A stretch of DNA of 63,540 nucleotides, the filler included, from Octopus bimaculoides (taxonomy: Eukaryota), in the NCBI RefSeq assembly GCF_001194135.2. It is 4 parts of 4 records of this genome, joined end to end, with 100 filler letters (N's around TTAATTAATTAA, not from the genome) between each part and the next. Parts side by side here need not be neighbours in the genome. Positions count along the whole stretch, not along the records: positions 54,454 to 63,540 come from NC_068986.1; 3 more parts are not named here. One strand, written 5' to 3'. Position numbers and translations under genes: made by a program. This document shows positions 62,678 to 63,540 of the stretch, one piece after another (position 1 is the first letter of the stretch; each line of letters opens with the position of its first letter). The notes below the pieces were generated by a model. It made no database searches. It was not told where the DNA came from and saw only the letters and a program-made list of their open reading frames with translations.

Positions 62678-62920
62678 ACACACACACACATATCTATATA
62701 TGTAAAATATTGCATTTCTATATCTCTCAGAGAGATTTATACAGTAGCAGCACGATAAGGTGATGTTATTTTGCCAACTTAATGTGGCAGTCTCATGAGA
62801 GGGAAGAATGCTACTGTTATTTAGCCCTAGGAAACATCGTTTCCAGTTGGCCATGACACATTTTCTGTGTCCTTGTTTTCAAAGGGGGAGATAAGCACCT
62901 CCACCAACCAAAGCCAGCAT

Positions 62921-62961
62921 CCAGAGACTAGTTTCAGAGTCATTGCTCATCATCAGTCTGG
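62921..62961 (-). ncRNA. Minimal type I hammerhead ribozyme motif with intact core
   Basis: Minus strand reads (T)CCAGA-CTGATGA-TGAG(CAATGA)CTCT-GAAA-CTAG-TC|TCTGG(A): 6-bp stem I, GUC cleavage triplet and palindromic stem III. Confidence 0.75.
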
Positions 62962-63540
62962 AGTAGCATGGCTTGCTAACTGTCGATGCTTATTCGCCTT
63001 TGAAAACATGTATTACTAATGAAATACATTCACTGATTTCGAAAATTGAAATATTGCATCTCTAAATCTCTCAAGCCACTTATGTATGTATGCATGTATG
63101 TATATACTATCTCATGATAGTTCCTGGTGATTACACTTTTTTCTTCTCTTTCTATGATATTCTACACTACTGATTATATCATGTATGTTTGTAATGACTT
63201 TATATAAGTAAGCCTCCTGACTAATTATATACCCACTAGAAACTATAAAATCACATATATAATAGCACCTGTAACATTACAACTTATAAAATCTTTTCGG
63301 TCTGAATACCTCTAACTGTCCTCACTACGTCCATACTTACTATCTCCTCTTTTCGGGTTACTTTTATCTCTTCCCTACCTCAAATTTTAATACCCTGTCT
63401 CTTTAAATGCATGTTATATGTATTTCTTATTATTTTCTATAAATTCTTATTTTGTTTTCTCATTTTGATATCCTCACCTATTAACCTCTTATCCCGTAAA
63501 AGTTGTAACTGTTAAATAGATATTTTTCAGTTGCTTAAGT

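Overview
AT-rich, microsatellite-rich eukaryotic genomic DNA with 12 N-gaps. The repeat families (two abundant tRNA-headed SINEs, Dong/R4, L1/Tx1, Penelope) resemble Octopus/coleoid cephalopod DNA; this is inferred from pattern recognition, not a database search. No complete host gene, rRNA, true tRNA or CRISPR array is visible, and most ORF-track entries are artefacts of microsatellites or N runs. The window is mostly decayed mobile elements: ~25 SINE copies, five Dong/R4 3' fragments clustered at (TAA)n tracts, and fragments of L1/Tx1, Helitron, Penelope GIY-YIG, pogo, Chapaev3-like and mariner elements, including one full-length dead mariner with TIRs. Structure not explained by the ORF track: (i) five distinct minimal type I hammerhead-ribozyme motifs, one with an intact core and 6-bp stem I (62921-62961); (ii) a 336-bp foldback with inward-facing TTAGGG/CCCTAA-like repeats; (iii) a second MITE and a 96-bp palindrome; (iv) a probable first coding exon/promoter of a minus-strand gene near 43.7 kb; (v) a CCAAT-octamer-E2F motif cluster near 51.05 kb; (vi) a 3' tail shared by a LINE, a SINE and an orphan element. 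I cannot show a wholly new biological system from sequence alone. The ribozyme-bearing repeats and the telomere-like foldback are the best leads. Many element boundaries are approximate (+/- 10-50 bp).
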